A DNA stretch of 64,000 nucleotides from Planctomycetota bacterium (GCA_965223265.1 OZ244999.1:8768001-8832000), one strand, 5' to 3'; shown: positions 9,298-20,352, counted from the stretch's first letter. Notes: a model not told the origin generated them from the sequence alone. A program made the numbers and translations.

Positions 9298-10761
9298 TCA
9301 GGCGAGGATTTTCGTCACCACCGACCCGCCTACGTCCGTCAGTCGCACGTCGCGTCCCTCGTGCCGATACGTCAACTGCGTGTGGTCGATTCCCAAGCAA
9401 TGCAGAATCGTTGCTTGCAGATCATGCACGTGGACCCGCGACTCGATCCCATGATAGCCGAGTTCGTCGGTTGCGCCTACGATCTGTCCGCCACGAACGC
9501 CGCCGCCCGCCATGAGCATCGTGAACGCGAACGGGTGATGGTCCCTTCCCTCGCTGCCGGGGGCGAAACCGCGACGGACCTCGTGCATCGGAGTGCGTCC
9601 GAACTCTGCGCCCCAGATCACCAACGTGTCGTCGAGGAGGCCTCGCTGCTTGAGATCCCTGAGTAGCGCCGCCGCCGGGCGGTCCGTCATGTCGCAATTG
9701 GTCTTCAGATTTCTGTTCAGGTTGGAGTGATCGTCCCAAGTCGAGTGGTAGAGCTGGATGAAGCGAACGCCGCGCTCAGCCATGCGCCGCGCAAGAAGGC
9801 AATTGCTACCAAACCAGCGCGTCCTTTCATTGTTCAGGCCGTACATTCGCAGCGTTGAGGGAGTTTCGCGCGAGAAGTCGACGAGCTCCGGCGCGGCCAT
9901 TTGCATGCGAAACGCTAACTCGTAGGATGCGATCCGTGAGGCGATTTCGGTGTCGCCCGTGGCACTGAAGCGTTCTTTGTTCAGCGCCCGTACAGCGTCG
10001 AGCCGTGCCCTCTGCGCTTCCCGGCTGAGTCCTTCGGGGTTCGAGAGGTGAAGAATTGGCGTCCCCTGACTACGGAACGTGACGCCGCGGTGCTTCGCCG
10101 GCAAGAATCCATTCGTCCAAAGGGACGTGCCCCCGTCGACGCCGTGACCTGAGTTGGACAGGAGAACGACGAAGCCTGGGAGATCGTCGGCATCGCTACC
10201 AAGGCCGTACGTCAGCCACGCGCCCATCGACGGATGGCCGAAGAGGATTGTGCCGCAGTTCATGAGTAACTGCGCCGGATGGTGGTTGCTCACGTCTGTG
10301 TGCACTGCGCGCAGCATACAGAGATCGTCGGCGTGCGTGGCGAGGTGGGGCAGGTAGTCGGAGAAGTCCATGCCGCACTGGCCGTGCTTGGTAAACGTGC
10401 GCGGACTGGCCCAAACGCGGGCGCTGCCTTTGATCAGCGGATCGTCGAGATCGGTGAGAAACGACGTCGGGACCGGCTGGCCGTGGAGCTTCGCCGTTAA
10501 GGGCTTCGGATCGAAGAGATCCATCTGACTGGGGCCACCCGCCATGAAGATAAAGATGACACGCTTGGCCAGTGGCCGCACCGTGGCTGACGACGCTACG
10601 GCGGCAGGGTCAACGAGCCCCGTTTCTGCCTGCAGCCCGTCCTGTGCAAGGAGCTGCGTCAGCGCCGCGACCCCGAGGCCGCCTGTGCAATCGCGAAGAA
10701 AGCGCCTGCGGGCTTCGAGTGCAAGAATATCTGGTACGACCATGGCGTTCTTTTTCCGCAC
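9298..10761 (-). CDS. DUF1501 domain protein
   Basis: RRRFL, AKRVIFIFMAGGPSQMDLFDPKP, WDDH, EFGRTP, GRDHHP, RLTDVGG. Confidence 0.93.
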   Translation of the reverse strand: MRKKNAMVVPDILALEARRRFLRDCTGGLGVAALTQLLAQDGLQAETGLVDPAAVASSATVRPLAKRVIFIFMAGGPSQMDLFDPKPLTAKLHGQPVPTSFLTDLDDPLIKGSARVWASPRTFTKHGQCGMDFSDYLPHLATHADDLCMLRAVHTDVSNHHPAQLLMNCGTILFGHPSMGAWLTYGLGSDADDLPGFVVLLSNSGHGVDGGTSLWTNGFLPAKHRGVTFRSQGTPILHLSNPEGLSREAQRARLDAVRALNKERFSATGDTEIASRIASYELAFRMQMAAPELVDFSRETPSTLRMYGLNNERTRWFGSNCLLARRMAERGVRFIQLYHSTWDDHSNLNRNLKTNCDMTDRPAAALLRDLKQRGLLDDTLVIWGAEFGRTPMHEVRRGFAPGSEGRDHHPFAFTMLMAGGGVRGGQIVGATDELGYHGIESRVHVHDLQATILHCLGIDHTQLTYRHEGRDVRLTDVGGSVVTKILA

Positions 10762-13169
10762 CTATCCGCGTGTTATGAACTCGTGAAGGTTGAGCAGTAC
10801 GCTGCTTAGTCCGGTCCACACCGCCAGCTCGCGTGCTACGGAGTGTGCACCGTCCAGCGATTTCGCTTCCTCCTCGACGATGCTTCGCTGTTGATCGAGG
10901 TAGGCGAGCATCGCCTTGACCTCCGGGGCACGAGGCGGACGCGCTAATGTAAGTCGAAACGCGTACTCAGCGCGTTCAGTTTCGTCGGCGAGGTCAAGCT
11001 GCAGCAGACGCTCTGCCATCGCCTCGGCTGCTTCGAAGAACACCGGATCGTTGAGCAGTTGCAGCGCCTGGAGCGGGGTGTTCGAGCGTTCGCGTTGGGG
11101 GCACGACTCGCTCGGGTTTGGAGCGTCGAAGTTGATGGTTTGCGCGAACGGCGAAGTGCGCTGGATGAAAGTGTAGAGCCCGCGGCGGTATCTATCTTCG
11201 CCAGCGCTAACCTGCCATTTGTTACCGTAGGCCTCTTGGGTGACGCTTTCCGGCTGCGGGGGACGTACGCTCGGGCCGCCGTACTTGCGACTCAAGAGGC
11301 CGCTCGTCGCAAGTGCGGCGTCACGCACCAACTCGGCGGAGATGCGAAGACTCGATTGACGTGCAAGCAGCCGATTGTCCGGATCGACCTCGACAAGGTC
11401 GACGCGCGCAGCGGACGATTGCCGGTAGGTCGCCGACGTCACGACCAGGCGAAGAAGCGTTTGACGCTCCAGCCTTGGCGTCGAAACTCAAGTGCCAACC
11501 AATCGAGTAGCTGCGGATGCGTGGGAGCTTCCCCGCGGACACCGAAATCTCCGGGCGTGCGAACCAAACCATGACCGAAGAGCTCCTGCCAGAAACGGTT
11601 CACCGTGACGCGGGCGGTCAGTGGGTTTTCAGGCGAGAGGAGCCACTCGGCCAATCGCAGCCGCGCGTCTGGATCCACCGCGATTGACTCGGTGTTCGAA
11701 TGCTCTCCGACGAGATCCGCGCGCGGCAGTATCGCCGGCGTGCGGGTCTGAACGACTCCGCCGCGATCGCGAAAACTTCCACGCACATGGATGTAGGTGG
11801 GGCGCTCGACGAGCGAGTTGTGCATCGCTGGAGCACGGGTCATCGGCGGCAAACTCTTCTTCAAGTCGACGAGCTTTGAATTCACCTGATCGAGTCCGAG
11901 CTCTTTCCAGCGCGCGGGATCGATCACCGAACCGCTACGAAGGAAGTAGTCGAGGAGCCGCTCCTTTTGCAGTGTGGTTCGCTGAAAGACTGGAGTTTGG
12001 ACAATTTCGGTCCCTTCCAGCTGCCCCTCACCTTTGCCGCCTCCCCAAACGAGGCCGAGCAGCTCCCACTGTCGATCCCATACATGATCTTCGCCAGGGG
12101 AGGCGAGGGCGGCGAGCAGTTTTGCTTCCCACAGGGCCTGCAGACTGTCGATCTCCGCGGCGAGCGGCGCCAGCACTCTTTGGCGTTGGTCTTCGTACTC
12201 TTTCCGTGCCGCTGCGTAGGGCTCCTCTTCGTCGCGTCGCGGCGCGTCGATGTTGATTTCTGCGGCGTTGTTGAAGAACGCGTAGAGCTCGTAGAACTCC
12301 TTCTGGGACAGCGGGTCGTATTTATGGTCGTGGCAACGGGCGCAGCCAACGGTTAGGCCTAACCACACCGTGCCGACAAGCCGCGTCCTCGCGACGGTCT
12401 GCTCGACACGGAATTCTTCAAGGTCGGCGCCACCCTCACGATTGCTGAGGGTATTGCGCAGGAAGCCAGTAGCGATCTTCTCCGAGATGCCGGGATCCGC
12501 GAGTCGATCGCCGGCGAGTTGTTGCGTCGTGAACTCGTCGAACGGGAGATCTCGATTGAGGGCATCGACCACCCATTGTCGATAGCGCCACGCGTACGGC
12601 CGCGGTTGATCCGTCAGATACCCGTCAGTGTCGGCGTAATAACAGAGATCGAGCCAGTGGCGGGCCCATTTTTCACCGAAGTGGTGTGATGCCAACAGGC
12701 GGTCAACCGCGCGTTCGTACGCATTGGGTGATCGATCGTTCACGAACGCCGTGACTTCGTCGAGCGTCGGTGGAAGACCGACGAGGTCGAGACTCAAACG
12801 ACGCAGGAGTGTGTGGCGGTCAGCCGCCAAGGCGGGACGCAATTGGTCGCGTTCGAGTCGTGCTAGGACGAAATGGTCGATGGGATTCCGCGCCCACGAT
12901 GCGTCTTGCACGGCCGGGAGCGGTGGTGACGAGACTGGCCGAAAGGCCCAGTGTTTTGCGGTCGATTCTCTCGTCGCCGTTGTGGCTGCGGGCTCAGCAG
13001 ATGTCGCGCCGGTGGACGTCGCCGTTGTCGTCTGGTCGGTTTCCCTTTGTGCCGCGGTGTTTGCGGTCACCTGCACCGAGTCGCGTGTCGAACGCGTCGG
13101 CTGACAACCAAACGTCGCCACAGCGCCAACGATGCATGCAGCGAGACCTAAAGAAAACTGAGTCCACAT
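10762..13169 (-). pseudogene. DUF1549/DUF1553 protein split by a 1-bp frameshift near 11458 (true lesion or sequencing error)
   Basis: ORF 11439-13169 ends GWSVKRFFAWS and ORF 10762-11442 begins at TSATYRQSS; adding one base restores the family motif GWSVKRLLRLVVTSATYRQSS. Confidence 0.85.
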
Positions 13170-13172
13170 CGG

Positions 13173-14279
13173 TCAGGCGGTTTCAAAGCCCCAAAGATAG
13201 GCTGCGTTGCGTCCCAAAATCTTTTCGCTGTCTTCTTTTGAGAAAACTGGAATTCTGCGAATCAGATCGATCTCCTTGTCCAGTGACGGACGGCCGAATT
13301 CAGCGCGTGCACCGCCCGGGTATCCGGTGCCCCACAGGAGGCGATCCGGACCGAACGCCTCGTAGAGCCGCTTCACCCACGGGTAAGCGTCTGTGAAAGG
13401 GTACTTGCCGGATTTCGACACCGAAGTGAGCTCCGACACCTTCACCCAAACGTTCGGGTAGCGCGCCATCGCTAGGAGCAACTTGAAGTCCGGCTCGGGG
13501 TTCTCCTGGCCAAGGTCCATTTGACCGATGTGGTCGATGGTGATGCGTACGCTCGGGTGCGCCTTGACCATGTCTTCCAGTTTGGGCAACTGGATCGGGG
13601 CGATGAAAAAATTGAACACCGCTCCAAGCTCCTCCGCTTGACGCCACAGCTTGTGCGTTTCGGGCGCATTGATCCAGCGGTCGCCACCGTGATTCCCGTT
13701 TCGATAGTAGATGGCGCTGAAACGCATTCCATGGAGGCCGTGTTCTTTGACCCAGTACTCGAGCTTGTCGGCTACTTTGGGGTCGGTTGGATCGATCAGA
13801 CCGTGCGCCTTGAGTCGCTTGGGGTAGCGTTTGACGCAATCGGCGACGTAGGTATTGTCCCAGCCGTGGTAGATCACCTGGACCAGAACGGAGTGCGTAC
13901 AGCCGTGCTGATCCATGTCCTTTATGAGCATCTCGAGCGTTCCTTCGTGCTCCGGTCCTTCCCAGTTCTTGTTGTACGGGTGAGGGAAGGGGTAGCGCTT
14001 TGGCTCGTTGGCCCAGACGTGCATGTGGGTGTCGATGATCGGGTGCGCGGGGGTTTTCTTGTCGCCCGCGTCTGCCTCTGAAGCCAGGCCGACGCTCAAC
14101 GCCGACGCCGCGCTGACGCTGACCGCTGCAGTCGTCGCGCGTCTGAGAAAGTCACGGCGGTTGATGTCGTCTCGGCTTGAGGGCGTGGATCCCTCCGGGT
14201 TACGCGACGCGGCTCGAGGCGTGAACGGTATCATGTTTTTGTTTTTGCCGGTGTCGGTGTCGTTGTCGGTGTTCCTCAT
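13173..14279 (-). CDS. Amidohydrolase family (Amidohydro_2) protein with Tat signal
   Basis: RRDFLRR signal, IIDTHMHVW, IDHIG, FGPDRLLWGTGYP; GGGAG upstream of ATG 14279. Confidence 0.9.
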   Translation of the reverse strand: MRNTDNDTDTGKNKNMIPFTPRAASRNPEGSTPSSRDDINRRDFLRRATTAAVSVSAASALSVGLASEADAGDKKTPAHPIIDTHMHVWANEPKRYPFPHPYNKNWEGPEHEGTLEMLIKDMDQHGCTHSVLVQVIYHGWDNTYVADCVKRYPKRLKAHGLIDPTDPKVADKLEYWVKEHGLHGMRFSAIYYRNGNHGGDRWINAPETHKLWRQAEELGAVFNFFIAPIQLPKLEDMVKAHPSVRITIDHIGQMDLGQENPEPDFKLLLAMARYPNVWVKVSELTSVSKSGKYPFTDAYPWVKRLYEAFGPDRLLWGTGYPGGARAEFGRPSLDKEIDLIRRIPVFSKEDSEKILGRNAAYLWGFETA

Positions 14280-14492
14280 GTCAGCTCCCTGGCGGCGGTC
14301 TGTGACGGTGGAAATCAACGGGACGACCTTCAGTGTCACCGTGCGGTCGAGAGACTTCAACGATAACTCGCGTTGATCCTTGAAGGCACTACTGCAAGGT
14401 CATCCCTGCTGGATCTTTCGCCATGCGATTTCGGCGTTCGTACGCCATCGCAGTCGGTGATCTGCAACCGTATCCGACGCCACCAGGTGAGG

Positions 14493-15130
14493 TGGAGACA
14501 GATGCAGAGACAGAGCCCAACGTTGCAAAAGAGACGCGCCTTAAGACCGTGCGCGATTGCGATTGAGTGAGAGTTTGCGTGTACGTTTGCGTGTGAGTGT
14601 GCGTGGGCGAGGGGGAACACCGCACACCGTCAACCTCACCAAACGTGAGGTCCGCCACGACGTCCCTCAACTGCCGATCGAACCTCAGGGAAAGGGTTTC
14701 TCCGCCCTACCTGCGAAAACTTATGCAACTGTCGGGACAGAGCCGGAGACAGAGCCGGAGACAGACGCAGAGCCGGTGACGGAGGCGTGAAGCCGAGACA
14801 GACTGAGAGAACGCCCACGCGAACGCAACGGGAACGGCCGACGCGCACGCTGACGACCGAGCGTCACACGGAGAGACCGTGAGTTTTTGGCACGCGGTCG
14901 TGACTCACGGCACGGTCACGGTCCACGCTCCACGGTCACGTCCAGAACGGCACACGGTTTTGCCTGCTCGTTTGGACGGTCTTCCTGCGTTGACTTGGTT
15001 TCCTTTCGTTCAACTCTTGTTCTGATCTTTTGAATCTTGAACAGAAGCAAACGAAGATCAGGCAGAGAAGCGGCAGGCGCTCGAGGATCCACGCCCACGC
15101 ACTCGCCTCTCCGCCTCACGCAATCGCAAA
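14493..15130. repeat. Composite degenerate hexamer/heptamer arrays in an ~890-bp intergenic spacer
   Basis: GAGACA/GATGCA at about 14493-14517, GTGTGA/GTTTGC at about 14555-14608, GAGCCG/GAGACA at about 14735-14785, CACGGT/GTCCACG at 14906-14943, CCCACG at about 15088-15100. Confidence 0.8.
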
Positions 15131-15173
15131 TGGGCGCCGAGGCACCCATAGACTTTCCGTCGAGTCAGTCCCG

Positions 15174-18100
15174 TCAGGCAGACGGAACGCAGAGAACGCG
15201 CCACAACGCCGCGTACCAGCGCCGGCTATCTTTCGAGATGCGTTTAGTGGCGCGGCGGTAGGTCTCGAGCATGTCCGTTTGGTCGGGGGCATGGAGCCAC
15301 GGGTATGACTTTCTTGCCAGCCTGAGATGACGCATCGCCTGACGCAGGCGTCGGTCGCCACGTGGTATGACGAGAATCGCGCGGAAGAGATGTACGAGAA
15401 ACTCATAGTACGGAGTCTCGGGGACTGCCGCGACGCGCGCCATGTATCCTTCCGCTGCCTCGATTTCACCGGTGAGGGCAGACTCGAGGGCGAGGTAGAT
15501 GAGATGGCCGTCGGTGGTGTGGTCGCGCGGAAGTTCGATCGCGCGCGAACTCAGTTCGATCGTCCGCCTCCACTGACCGAGCTTGCGCCACGCGATCATA
15601 AGGTTGAACAGCGCCCGCGGTGTGACGTCGCTTCGTGTCTCCCAATCCGCGAGCCATTGCGCTGCTCTTCTGTACTTCCCAACGGTCAGATAGGCGTACC
15701 CGACAGCGACCCACGTGTCGTTGGTGTTTCTCAGATCCTCGGTGTTCTTTCCGATCCGCTTAAGGACGCGCCGCGGTTTGGAGTTGTCCGCGAAAAACTC
15801 GATCGCAGCAGCCACCGCTGGTGCCATGCGAGCGTTCTGTCTCCACTTTTCGTAGAGATCCTCGAGTTTGGACAATTTCTTCGGCTCTGCGAAGTGGTCG
15901 ATCCAGTAGCACGCCGCCAGCGGTTGCGCGGACTCAGAGTCGGTGTCCACGTTCACGAGGAGCGTGTGCTCGCACTCGCTCGCTTTGCCTGCTTGGACGA
16001 GCGCCTCTCCTGCCATTCCCAGCGACCACGCAGTGGCATCTTCGGCACGGCAGAGCTCGCCAAAGTGTTCGATGGCTTCCTGGGGAGTGCTTCGCTTGAT
16101 CGCCAAACGAACGTCAAACGCCAGCAGCGCCGCCTGCGCGTCATGAGCCCGCATCAGTCGCAGCGCCGAAGCGGCTTCCTCGACTTCGTCGTCTTCTAAG
16201 TGTAGATCGAAGAGGCTCACACCAGCAAAGAAGTACCCGGGTGAGAGGTCCAACGCGCGCCGAAACTCGACCTTGGCGGCGCCGCGATCGCCACGTCGTA
16301 AATGTGCGTCTGCGGCGTGTCCGTGCGCAAGCGCATCGTTTGGAGTCAGTCGAGTCAGCCGCAGTGCAGCGCGCTCGTAGCCGGCATCGTCCCCCGTGTG
16401 ATCGTACCAATCGGCAAGCAGCTGCCAACCAGAGCAAAATGACGGATCGTCGCCAACCACTTTTTCGATGAGTTCGATCGCGCGAGAGAGATCGCCACAC
16501 ATCGCATGCACCCACGCCTGTCGCGCCCGCAAGATCACGGGCAGCTTGGCGCCGCGAAGAGCTGGCGGCTCGCAGGCCGCAAGCGCTTCCTCCGTACGGC
16601 CGTTGGTCGCGAGCAGCTTCGCGTGGAGATCGTGGGTCTCGACGCACCTCTCGTCGATTTTAAGAGCGTGCTGAATCGCTCCAAGCGCTTCGTGCTCGTC
16701 CCCGAGCCCGGCGAGGATTTGGGCGCGGACGCGCCATGAGCGCGTTTCACCCGGACGTCGATCCGTCAGATCGTTGGCGAGCTCGAGCGCCGCCTCCGGC
16801 CGCTCGACTTGCTGCGCCCACTCGAGGAGGAGCTGCCAGCCGGACGCCTGGTCGGAGTCGAGAAGAAGAGCGCGCCGCAGCTGCTCGAACGCCGCACTCT
16901 TCTTGTTGGACTTCCAGAGGAGTTCAGCGAGATAGCCGCGGTTCGCCGGGTCGAGCGGTGATCGTGCGACGGCGGAATTCAAAAGCTGACGGGCATCCGC
17001 AAGGTTGCCTTCACGTTCGAACAGGAGCGCCAGCTGACGGACGGCCGGGCCGTAGTCGGGCGACACCTCCAGCGCATGGCGCAGCGCCGCTCGCTCACCG
17101 TCGAAGTCGCGACGCGCCTGGTGGACAGAGGCGAGATCGAGCCACAGTCGCGGTAGGAGTCGAAAGCGGCTTGTCGCATCGCTTGCGAGCGCTAGCGCCG
17201 TGTCGAGCTGCCCCATAGCGACGTGTTGAGTTATCGTGGCGGACCAGGCATGCCAAAGATCCGGGCGAGCCGCCAAGATCTCCTCGAGGACTTCGACCAC
17301 CGTGCCCGCATCGAGTGTTTCGCACGCCAGCGCCTGAAAGACGATGAGCGCCTCGCCACGGATGACTTGCTTGACGAGCTCGTCCTGCACGAAGGCGAGT
17401 TCAGCTTCGCGCTCGGTGGGAGTCTCGCAGGCGCGGAGCAGGTTCTGGAGCGCGAAGTCGTGATCCACTGAAAGGTGAAGTGCGGCGCGGAAGAACTCCT
17501 TCGCCTCGAGTTTGTCGCCACGAAGCGTGGCGACGTAACCCCGAATCGAGTGACTTGCCGGAGAGGTCGGATCGACTTCAAGCGCGTGGTCCGCAGCTTC
17601 GAGAGCTTCGTCGAAGCGATGAAGAGAAGCCAGAGTCAGCGCCAACTCTCGAATCGTCCAACCGTCCGCCGGATGGATTCTGAGGAGGTGCCGGATCACT
17701 TCTTCCGCTCTCTGCGGATCCTCGCTGCTGTGGTGTTCGATGAGTAGTTGGTGGACGCTGTAATTGTGAGGGTAGGCTTCGGCGACCGTCGTCAGATAGT
17801 TGGCCGCGGCGTCATGTCCGGCGGTCGAACTGAGCAAATGGCTCACGGCGCGATGGGCGTCCATCGCGAGCGGTTCTGCGGTTGCGATCTCTTTCCAGAG
17901 CTCGAGAGATTCTTCCAGTCGCGCGTCGTAGAGTGCGAGCGCTGCAGCCGTGCGTTGCCAGGACGCGGCGCGGGTGCAGTCCTCTGCGCGCGCTAGTAAT
18001 CGTTCTCCCTCGGCGGTGTTTCCATAGCGAGCGTGGGCATCAGCCGCGAACAGAAGTAACTCACCGTCGCTCGGTCTGTGTTCAAGCGCTGTCTCGAGTT

Positions 18101-20144
18101 GACTGAATGCCTCGTCCGTATCGTCGACGGCGCTGTAGGCCCAGAAAAGCGTCTGGCCGGGGTATCCAGATTGCCTTGCGAATCGACGGAAGCGCCCGTG
18201 CAGAAACTCGAACACTTCGGCGGTGCGATCGAGCGGTCGAGACGCCACGAAGTAGTCCTGCGCGAACTTTTCGTTGTGACGATCCAAACACGCAGCAAAT
18301 CGAAACAGACGAAAGCCCTGGTCAAACTCGCGCCGCGACCAGTGGATCGTCGCTAGCGTCGAAAACAGGCTTGCGTCCTCCGCACGCGTGCGAATCGCGC
18401 GACGAACGATCCACTCGGCGCGCTCGAGTTGGCGTGGGTCCTCTGCCAGCTCTTGCGCGTACTGGTGCCAGAGGATCGGATCTGAGCTCTCCGAATCGAA
18501 AATCTCTTTCAACAGCTCCAGGCGTTCCTCTCGACTGGCAAGCTCGCGGAGATACGAGAGTTTCGCAAGAAGGAGATTCGCGTCTCGAGGAAACTTTGAC
18601 AGCAGGGCTTCCAAGGCCTGCAGGCGCTCGGCCGGATCGGCATCGTAGTCGGCGAGCGACAGCCGCGCGCGTAGCGTCATCGCGTGCTCGGGTCGAGCTT
18701 CATGAAGCCGCGTTAGGCAGTCGCCCGCGGCGTCGCGATCGTGTCGCCGGAGAGCCGTCTGCAGCTGGTAGCTCGAGTCGAAGAGGTCGCTGTCGGTGAG
18801 CTCGAGATCGGCGAGCCGATCTGCTTCCTCGGAAGGAACCATGGCCATGCCCCGCGGCCCGGTGGAAGCATAGCGCTCAAGCGTCTCGTCGGCGTCAAAC
18901 TCGAGGTCGTGGCGGTGGAACGGATCGCGAATGATCAGTGATCCGCGGCGTGTATCGTATCCGATGACTGCCTGCAGGTGCGCGTTTCCCGGATCGACAG
19001 TCGTCAGAGTGAACGGAATGCCGCGATCGATGAGCTCGCGCACGCTCTTTTGCGTGATCGTGAACTCCCGGACCTCCCAGCCATTCTGAGTTGCCCAGTC
19101 CCGTTGGCTGTGGTGCGGAGTGCCGTCGTAACAGATCTTCTCTGCCACCTCTAAGTGGTCGACTTCTTTCGACCAGTATCGTGCGATCGTCGTCAGTGTC
19201 GCGGGTGCGCACGTCAGGTGATGCTGCCGAATGAAACCGACGGGCAGAACGACTCTCTTGCCGTTCGGTGATGCCTTGACGCGCTCGGCGACGCGACGCC
19301 ACACCTCACCACCGCGCTGTGCCCATTGGTCGAACTCAGTGAGGTCATTAGCGCGGTAGGCCGAGTCGGCAAGTCGACCGGCCAGCCATTCTTGGCCGCG
19401 ACGATCGAGAAGCGGCGCCAACTCCCCGAATCGCTCCCACGCTGTGCGACTCTGCTCGAATTCACCGCGTGCGGAGTGCATCTGCCCCAGCTGCGAGAGG
19501 ATGGTGCAGCACTCCAAACGGCTTGCCGCCTGAGAAAGCAGCTCGATCGCCTCGTCCTCAAGTCCAAGCAGCTCGAGAATGTGTGCGACGGCTTGCACCC
19601 CCGGTCGGTACCACGGTTTCAGCTCGAGGGAGTGTCGTGCCGCCTCCAGTGACTCCTCGTAGCGGTCCTCGGCTTCCAAGATCCATGAGCGTTCAACGGA
19701 GATCCACGGGCGTACGGGACCCAGCTCTGCGGCGCGCTCGATCCACTCATGAGCCAGGTCGAAGTCGCGGAGCCGTGCCGCAGTGCTGGCGCGCAGTGCG
19801 AACCAATCGGCCCTGGTGAAGTCGTCAGCGCCTTCGAGGTCGCGGTGGCGAGACATGAATTCCCAACCGTCGAGAAGGCCGCGAGCATCGATGAGTGCGC
19901 TGGTCGCGAAGTAGATCGCCTCGGGATCGCCGGGGTCGTCGCGATGGGCAAGTCGATGCAGGACGCGGCCGAGTTGGGGCGCACCAAGGTTGTACGCCAA
20001 CCGACCCGCGAGAACACGTTCACGCGTGCCGCGCCAGTGGCGAAGCTCACCCAGTTCCTGACCAGCCTCGAGCGCGCTGACGTACAGGCCTTGATCGTAG
20101 AGGGCTTGCACCTTGGCCAATGCCGTTGCCACCGCTTGCGACAT
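15174..20144 (-). CDS. Large TPR protein with internal C39-like (papain-fold) peptidase domain
   Basis: IRQHHLTCAPATL (Q...C) and GNAHLQAVIGYD (H...D) flanked by many TPR-like helical repeats; GGGAGA upstream of ATG 20144. Confidence 0.85.
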   Translation of the reverse strand: MSQAVATALAKVQALYDQGLYVSALEAGQELGELRHWRGTRERVLAGRLAYNLGAPQLGRVLHRLAHRDDPGDPEAIYFATSALIDARGLLDGWEFMSRHRDLEGADDFTRADWFALRASTAARLRDFDLAHEWIERAAELGPVRPWISVERSWILEAEDRYEESLEAARHSLELKPWYRPGVQAVAHILELLGLEDEAIELLSQAASRLECCTILSQLGQMHSARGEFEQSRTAWERFGELAPLLDRRGQEWLAGRLADSAYRANDLTEFDQWAQRGGEVWRRVAERVKASPNGKRVVLPVGFIRQHHLTCAPATLTTIARYWSKEVDHLEVAEKICYDGTPHHSQRDWATQNGWEVREFTITQKSVRELIDRGIPFTLTTVDPGNAHLQAVIGYDTRRGSLIIRDPFHRHDLEFDADETLERYASTGPRGMAMVPSEEADRLADLELTDSDLFDSSYQLQTALRRHDRDAAGDCLTRLHEARPEHAMTLRARLSLADYDADPAERLQALEALLSKFPRDANLLLAKLSYLRELASREERLELLKEIFDSESSDPILWHQYAQELAEDPRQLERAEWIVRRAIRTRAEDASLFSTLATIHWSRREFDQGFRLFRFAACLDRHNEKFAQDYFVASRPLDRTAEVFEFLHGRFRRFARQSGYPGQTLFWAYSAVDDTDEAFSQLETALEHRPSDGELLLFAADAHARYGNTAEGERLLARAEDCTRAASWQRTAAALALYDARLEESLELWKEIATAEPLAMDAHRAVSHLLSSTAGHDAAANYLTTVAEAYPHNYSVHQLLIEHHSSEDPQRAEEVIRHLLRIHPADGWTIRELALTLASLHRFDEALEAADHALEVDPTSPASHSIRGYVATLRGDKLEAKEFFRAALHLSVDHDFALQNLLRACETPTEREAELAFVQDELVKQVIRGEALIVFQALACETLDAGTVVEVLEEILAARPDLWHAWSATITQHVAMGQLDTALALASDATSRFRLLPRLWLDLASVHQARRDFDGERAALRHALEVSPDYGPAVRQLALLFEREGNLADARQLLNSAVARSPLDPANRGYLAELLWKSNKKSAAFEQLRRALLLDSDQASGWQLLLEWAQQVERPEAALELANDLTDRRPGETRSWRVRAQILAGLGDEHEALGAIQHALKIDERCVETHDLHAKLLATNGRTEEALAACEPPALRGAKLPVILRARQAWVHAMCGDLSRAIELIEKVVGDDPSFCSGWQLLADWYDHTGDDAGYERAALRLTRLTPNDALAHGHAADAHLRRGDRGAAKVEFRRALDLSPGYFFAGVSLFDLHLEDDEVEEAASALRLMRAHDAQAALLAFDVRLAIKRSTPQEAIEHFGELCRAEDATAWSLGMAGEALVQAGKASECEHTLLVNVDTDSESAQPLAACYWIDHFAEPKKLSKLEDLYEKWRQNARMAPAVAAAIEFFADNSKPRRVLKRIGKNTEDLRNTNDTWVAVGYAYLTVGKYRRAAQWLADWETRSDVTPRALFNLMIAWRKLGQWRRTIELSSRAIELPRDHTTDGHLIYLALESALTGEIEAAEGYMARVAAVPETPYYEFLVHLFRAILVIPRGDRRLRQAMRHLRLARKSYPWLHAPDQTDMLETYRRATKRISKDSRRWYAALWRVLCVPSA

Positions 20145-20352
20145 GGGTCGTTCTCCCGCTCGAGTTGAGTCCGCCACAGGCTTCCGCCCGAACACTGCGG
20201 CCGATGGCACAGGACAGAGCAAAGAAGTCTACCCCGGGCGACGGTGTCGCGCGTCGCCGACCGAGATATCGGCTGACCAGGCCTTGGTAAGTTTTCTGAT
20301 AACGCGAGAACACCCCTGCGGCCGGTGCTATAGAGTCAGGTGGAGCAGGGGC

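Noticed and set aside
14380-15170. CRISPR array
   Set aside because: No constant 23-47-nt repeat with regular spacers, and no cas genes.
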